Assembly (NCBI RefSeq): GCF_009914755.1
Contig: NC_060925.1
Source of the DNA: the human T2T-CHM13v2.0 reference genome, Homo sapiens
Strand: one strand, 5' to 3'
DNA: 64,000 nt
Position 1 is the stretch's first letter; every line of letters starts with the position of its first letter. The notes beneath the pieces were generated by a model that made no database searches, was not told the origin of the DNA, and saw only the letters and a list, made by a program, of their open reading frames with translations. This document shows positions 56,317-64,000 of the stretch, piece after piece. The translations under genes and the position numbers were made by a program.

Positions 56317-56882
56317 GCCCATGATTATTCTTAACCCCGTGGAATGTTTGGAAGTGCTACTCATCCTTTGGCATCCAGCAAAAAAGCTACATTTGCCCTG
56401 AAGTATTCTGTAACCCTTTTATTTGAGTTGAATGGGCTCTTACTGTGCACTTTCACAGGTCTTGGCTTAGGGTTCCCTGAAAATTTTCTTACTTAGTACT
56501 TATTTCATTTTGCTGATTTTTATGACAAATCCTACACTCTAAGTCACAGGATATAAACTGGAGGTGGCCCACTTTCATCTTTGTTTGACCCAATGTTTTC
56601 AATGTAATAATATGTATTTGTGTCTCACACGGGCATGTGCTCTTCAGTTCCCAGTAGCTGAAATGCTTTCAGTTATTTCATATATTTATTTGCATCTCTG
56701 GCCTTGAATGTTAAAGTCGTCACAAACGTGGTAAGAGTTGTACTGACACCACATTGGTTATTAAAAGAAATATAATCAAATGAAATAAATAAAATAATAA
56801 ACAACATAACACGACATAGCAAAATATAATAATGAGATAACACTAGAAATGCAAGTTTCTTCAATTCAAGAACTTTTCTTTC

Positions 56883-56958
56883 CTTTTCAAGTTATCTCAC
56901 AGATTAATGAAGAAGTGAAACTTTTCAAATTATCTTACAGGTGAATGAAGAAGTGAAA
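56883..56958. repeat. 38-bp tandem duplication
   Basis: 56883-56920 vs 56921-56958, 4 mismatches. Confidence 0.9.
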
Positions 56959-57034
56959 TCTGAAGTTAGAAGAGAAGATCACTGTTAATCTGAAATGGTA
57001 ATAAGGTTATTTCTAGTACTCTTCTAAATCAAAA

Positions 57035-57072
57035 CATATAACTGCCTACGTTGCATATAACTGCCTACATTG
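57035..57072. repeat. 19-bp tandem duplication
   Basis: catataactgcctac(g/a)ttg x2. Confidence 0.9.
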
Positions 57073-58959
57073 GTAAGAACCACCTTGTGAATGATAAGAT
57101 AAAAGCAAAAGAGAAACAGAATGTACTTCTAGTCCTTTCTGAATAATCAAACTTGTAATGTAAAATCTAGAAGAGAGATATCCTGACATAGGAGTCTGGA
57201 AATTAGGTCTGCTTTCCTTCAAGTCATTTCACCTTCAAAAGATACAGTTTTTATTATCATATGTAATCCGGTTAGAATTATACAAGGAATGAGTAAGATA
57301 GTATGTAGTAAGTTGTAAAATATGTGTTATAAGATAGCAAAGTCAGCATATAAGGTAAAGTTGCATGTTGTTAAAATTAATCTTGAAAATTCCTTAAACT
57401 CCTTGTTTCAAACTACCATACTTTACAATAGTTTCCAAAATGGAAAGCAAGTATCTTAAAGTAGAAATAAATGACTAGTTGGAGTGTGAGAAAAAAATAA
57501 CAGAAGGTCCATTTGTATTGTATTCTTATCTCATTTTTAAAATTTTCTGTCTCAGCTCATTTAATGCATGAATACACTAGTTCAGAAATGCATAACCATA
57601 AGTAAAAATCAGTATGGAAATATTGTTAGTTTTTGCTAATTTTTTTATTTTACTCATGGGAACATATGTTTTAAAAAATGTTGCTGATCCCTGCTTTACC
57701 TCACTGTTGATGAGTGAGCACTAAAGTAGTTGGCTTTGTTTCAGAGCCATGTTACATTAAACTAACATTTTCAACATTAAAACCTCATTAAAAATAGAGA
57801 GATGCTCATACTATCAGAGATACATGGGAATGAAGACCCACTGAAAGAGAGCCAGTTTCATATCTCCCATGGTATGTATTTTTGAAGCAGTAGAGTAGTA
57901 AGTCATGCCGTTTAATTATATGTGCTATCTAGCATTTTCTCTCTTCCTCTCTCTGTCATGTAGCACCCCAGGCTTAAGAATTGACTCTATGTAAGTGAAC
58001 GAATGTGAACATTTTGCAAAGCCACCACACATAATAAAGCCTTGAAAATCATAATCTGCTATGCAAATGTAATGTATTCATAATTTTGACATAAATAAAT
58101 TGCATGAAAACAGTAAAGAAAGGGGAATCAAAATTTTCCTACATACAAAAAAATTTTAACTCATTTTGCTGGTTTCCTCAAAAATATAAGAAGGGGAGAA
58201 GACCCACCCTCCCACAGTCCTGCAGCAAAGTGAATACTCACATAAAATTTATAGCTTGCTTAGACAATCAGGTAGTAAATATTTAGAATAGAAAAGAGGA
58301 GAGGAATGGTCATTACTCTTTATTATGATTTCTCAAGTTCATGTTACCATTGTAAAATCAGGAATGAAAAATAATTGTTATCTAAAGTGAAACTTAACAT
58401 TAACCTTACTGAAAAAGGTCACCATGCCTCTATGTAAAGTGAACATGGCATATTCTACAAGGTTGACTTCAGGTATTTTCCTATGCATTCATTCGTATCT
58501 GCACACATTTTGTACTTGTCTATGCATGCATATTTTATGCACCTAGATAACTAACCCTTCTCACCAGGGCAAAATGATAATGACCATCACATTTTTTTCT
58601 ATAGCAGTGTTATAAGGAATGACTTAAAAGAGAATAGGCCAAGTTTGAAATATGTTGCTTAAAAGTCAAGATATTATAGGCCCCACACTGCCAAATGCAA
58701 AAATTTCCATTTTGTAGGTACACAGCTTTTAAACTAGTATATCGATAATTTTAATGTCTTTTTCATTCATTGGAGTAATTTATGTTTACCTCATTTGCAA
58801 CGTTTTCATCCCTATATTAAATTATATTAGAGGAATAGGAAAGAAATGCGGTTGCAGCTAAAAAATTCCAAAAAAGCACTTCTACAATTAGCCCTTTGCC
58901 TAAAAACAGGAAAAGTAAGTAAAATACTATTTTTAAAATCTATTCATTTATTTAATACT

Positions 58960-59070
58960 TTATTTTTAATTGACCAATAATAATTTTATATATGTATAGG
59001 GTATAATGTAGTGTTTTTATATATGTATACATTGTGAAATGACTAAGTCAAGCTAACATATCAGTTGCCT
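58960..59070 (-). mobile_element. L1MA-like 3' terminal fragment
   Basis: tttttaattgaccaataataatt..gggtataatgt..tatgtatacattgtgaaatgactaagtcaagctaacatatc. Confidence 0.7.
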
Positions 59071-59732
59071 AAAAGCCTGGAGCAGTTAAAATGGTCATGA
59101 GAAATCAGAAAGCATGTATTTCTAGACCTCAGGCTTGGATTTGAGGTAATCTAGAAAAAGAGGAGGGAATTCAACGGTGCAGGCAAAATAACAAAAATCT
59201 CATCTAAGACATGACGGTAATACCATCTTCACAAAGTAATACCAATCCATGTTTTTGTAATACCTATTGAAATGCCAGTATATTACAATTCATGTTTTTA
59301 GCCTTAATCCTAAATGAATGTACTATTCTCAAACATAGATTAATTGAATTTCATATCACCAAAAACGTTTGCTTAATGATACTTTGGATGTTCTGAAATT
59401 GTCTTTTCACTGCATATGCATATAAAGAGTATATTTCTACTTAACAACCTTCTACAGTATTGAGGAAAAAAGTTTAAATATTTGGCTCTCTTTATAACTC
59501 TAATTTTCCCAAGGCTTAAATAAATACATAGTAAAATTAAGCCCATTGATACTCTTCATTCCAGGTGTGCTGAAAGAAACTATCATGTTAAAAAATGACT
59601 ACCTTATCCTAAGAGGTAATATTTTAATAACTAGTATATAGCATTAGCCACTCTCATGGTGGAATAAACTAAAAGCCACATGACTAATATTTCCAATATA
59701 AAAAATACTTAGATAATGCATGAGAGAGACAG

Positions 59733-60308
59733 TGTGGGAGCCATCTTTGAAGATGGCATCAGATGACTCTCACCTCTTGATATTCATGTCCCTGTGCTGT
59801 CCCCTCTCACAATGACAATTTCAGGGCATCCAAAGTCCTATTAAGCAAATGTTTTTGATGACATGAAATCACATTGAATAAGGTTTCCCCATATAGCTAA
59901 TAATATATTATGGATATGACAGAGCATGACTTCTGAAACTAGGTTATAAAGGACATGTCAGCTTCTATCTAGCTCTCTCCTGGATCACTAATACTGGATT
60001 AAGCTCGTCGCCTATGGTGACATCCACGTGGCAATTAACTGAGTCCATCTGCCAATAACTAGCACTACTTGTTGGGCATGTGGGTCAGTCATCTTGGAAG
60101 CAGATTCTCCAGCCCCAGTCAAGCCTTCAGATGAGCAGCACCAGGTGACATCTTGACTGCAATCTTATGAGAGACCCGGAGTGATAACCATCCAGCCAAA
60201 CTGCTCCTGGATTCCTGACCCACAGAGGCTGCTTGAGATAGTTAGTGCTTACTGGTTTTAGTTGCTAAGTTTTGGGTTAATTTGTTACTTAGCAATAGAT
60301 AACTAATA
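59733..60308 (+). mobile_element. MaLR solo LTR, MLT1F-like, with an internal non-LTR insert
   Basis: tgtggg..aagatggc..tgatattcatgtccctgtg start; cagccccagtcaagccttcagatga; ..gcaatagataactaata end. Confidence 0.82.
59814..59869 (-). repeat. Inverted copy of 59348-59403
   Basis: Reverse complement aligns ungapped at 48/56 positions. Confidence 0.92.
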
Positions 60309-61190
60309 ATGGCATCAGAAACAAGGGAAAGAACATGGGCCGAGAGGTTATCACATCTAAAATGTCTTGATGGTGACATAAAGCTGAGTGCTCTTCAGGT
60401 GAAGTCCCTTGTGTCTCAGTTTTGTCAACAGTAAATTGATGATAATAAAATCTTATTTCACAGAGGTCTGAACAGTAAATGAGATAAAAGAATTCAAAGA
60501 AACTGGAAAGTGTTTTTTTTTTTTTTCCTCAGTAAGTGTATATTTCTTTCTTTTCTTTAAATTGTGCTTAATTTTACCATCCTTCTTTTAAGGGGTTTTA
60601 AGCTGATTGCTCTTAGCACACAGAAATGGACTTTACAGGATGTTGAAGAACTGCAGGCAGAGATAGGGCTATGGGTGTTCAGGCACTGCCTGTTTTTTGT
60701 TTGTGTTTATTTGTTTATGTTTATCTGTATGAAGAGCTGGCTTTGAAGATCTTGATTTAAGATAAATGAATATTTATAAACATTCTCTTACATAGAAGTA
60801 AAGCGATCGTATAAGTTATTTCTGATTATTTATGTGAGCCTCAAATCAAAAAAGGTCTCTAGGAAAGAAAACTCTAGATCTTGCAGAAATAAACTCTGTT
60901 CCTCTCTGACAGGGTCTCTGACAGCTTCATGTTCCCAGTTAAAGACCTCAGAGGTCAAGAAGACAACTCTGAAACATGCTGTATCTGTTTCTGCTGTGTT
61001 CCTCTTGACTCCATTTTTCTGTGTCCTTGACTAAATAAATTGGGAAATTATAAGTGAGTGTTTGTACATGCAGTTTCTTATTTTGCAAATCCATAAACAA
61101 CTTGAAATGCTTTTGCCCTTGGTATTTCACATTGACATTTCAAATTAGTTTTGATAGACTCTTAAGGGCCTTGACCTACACTAGGTGCCA

Positions 61191-61752
<562 letters not shown>

Positions 61753-63000
61753 AGCTTTTGATTTTGATGAAGTAAATAATTGAATGGCCTGGGCGTTTAT
61801 GGTGAATCTGCATAGTGAGCGCAACCATTCAGCAACCAGAATCCTTCTTTTTCCTACTCCCTGCATATGCTCAACTTTGCTTTACTTAAGTTTTGAAACG
61901 AAATTATTCATTACCATGATATTTGAGAATTTGAGTATTGCCTCAAATATAACCCTAAAGATGATAAATGTATGCTTCACTCTGAACTGAAAATATGTTT
62001 GCCTTTCACAAGTGCATTTGATTTTCACAGCTGCATTTTTCTATGCGTGTGAGTGTGTTGGGGAGGACATTGATTGGGGAAAATCAATCTACCTTTTCCT
62101 TTTTAGCAAATGGTTCTGAACTCCTTTGAAAATCTAATAAAAGCTGTAGTCCATCTCTACAGTAGGAAAAAAAAAATCACTGAAGCTATGATTGTGGGCA
62201 CCAATTGGCCCTTTTCTATATTTACTATAGGCCAAGAAAGTGGACCGAGGATTACTGTAGCTTTTTTTTTTTTTTTTGACAATGGTTGCTGAATTTAGAA
62301 AAGATAAAAAGAGAGAGCAGAAAAAAAAAATCCAGGACATTGCTTCACAAAATATTGGAAACAAAATGGCCTTTAACAAAGGAGCTCTGATTGTTAGCTT
62401 TTAAGAAATTAATGACACAAATTAAAAAGTGACTTTGAAAGGTATGTAAAATAGTCTGTCAGTGTTACTTATACAGTGTTTTGTAGAGAACCAGGGATTT
62501 GGGGAACTCCTGCAATGATGTCCTAATTTAGAGAAGGGTTGTGAACAGGTAGAATTGAGGCTCCATTTACCCAGCATCTTCTCGAGAAGTGCTGTGTTCA
62601 TAAATATTACTTCTTGGGCTTCCAAATAAGATTGTACATGAACAAAGAGTTCCATAACTTATAAAGGATTCAGAACCACTTTTCTGGATATTTGTCCATA
62701 TAGATAATTACAAACTGAAACTTCTCAACCTAGGTTATCAAAATCTGAGAAAGGCTATATTGGCAGATGTACAATATTGTAGGGTGAAATGAGAGTGACC
62801 ACAGACCAGTTTATCTAATTCTCAATATATAAAAATATGGAGTCTTCTACTAAGCTATAAAAAGGCAAATTCAGAATTAGTAAAAACATATAAATTAGTA
62901 AAAAGAATTTAAAAATTTAACAACCCAAATTATAGAAGTTGCATATAAAATAGCTAAAAAAAATTTTAGGTAAAACCAGTCAGAAGAAATGAGACTGTAT

Positions 63001-63346
<346 letters not shown>

Positions 63347-63546
63347 TTATCCCTTATTATTAAGGTTGATGTTAAAAAGGGATATTGTCTTCCACAAATC
63401 TTTTGATTCCAGTTCCAGAAAAAAATACCTGCTTGCATCACATACGTTCTTATCCTTTGTGGTAATATCTAAGTCTTTATATAATTTCACCAGTTTTCTG
63501 TTCAGCTATTTAGCTGCAATTGGTTATGAGCCATGACATAAGTAAA

Positions 63547-63922
63547 TGATATTATTTGGAGGTGTCCCCACCCAAAATCTCATCCTGAATTTAATTTGAA
63601 TTGTAATCCCCATATGTTGGGGGAAAGACCCATGGGAGGTGATTAGATCATGGGGGCAGTTCCCCCACCCTGTTCTCGTGATAGTGAGTGAGTTCTCACA
63701 AGATCTGATGGTTTTATAAGGGGGTTTTCCCCGATTTGCTTGGGACTTCTCTCTCCTGCCGCCTAGTGAAGAAGGAAGTGTTTGCTTCCCCTTCCACTGT
63801 GATTGTAAGTTTCCTGTGACCTCCCCAGCCATGTGGAACTGTGAGTCAATTAAACCTCTCTCCTTTATAAGTTACCCAGTCTTGGGCAGTTTTTTATAGC
63901 AGCATGAGAATGGACTAATACA
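63547..63922 (+). mobile_element. THE1C/D solo LTR (MaLR)
   Basis: TGATA..gtgtccccacccaaa..tgttctcgtgatagtgagtgagttctcacaagatctgatggttttataag..gagtcaattaaacctc..tggactaataCA. Confidence 0.92.
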
Positions 63923-64000
63923 GTATGTAAACCCCCTACATATATGTTGTACAGTATGGAATTGCCAACATTTGGCTTTTTTGACTTCGAAAGTGGGAAT

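Overview
This is primate, almost certainly human, nuclear DNA: AT-rich, CpG-depleted and carrying Alu, L1, L2, MIR, MaLR/ERV LTR and hAT fossils. The only supported coding feature is a 152-bp internal exon on the minus strand (46571-46722). It encodes the C-terminal half of an Ig domain that I recognise as NEGR1 (IgLON family; from memory the penultimate exon, 1p31.1). Everything else is NEGR1 intron. The other ORFs in the track are repeat-derived or chance. I see no evidence for a new multi-gene system. The most unusual structure is a set of local 'templated copying' scars: a 149-bp direct copy of 4258-4406 inserted 1.8 kb away into a palindromic TA-rich expansion that replaced an LTR TATA box; a 56-bp inverted copy of 59348-59403 inserted about 410 bp away in an MLT1F LTR between 9-bp direct repeats; and several short tandem duplications. 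Also notable: a consensus-identical AluYa5 with a perfect 16-bp TSD; an in-frame stop inside the exon's 5' splice site, so intronic polyadenylation would give a GPI-less soluble NEGR1; and near-perfect RFX X-boxes near the exon. Repeat family names and the boundaries of old repeats are by eye and approximate.
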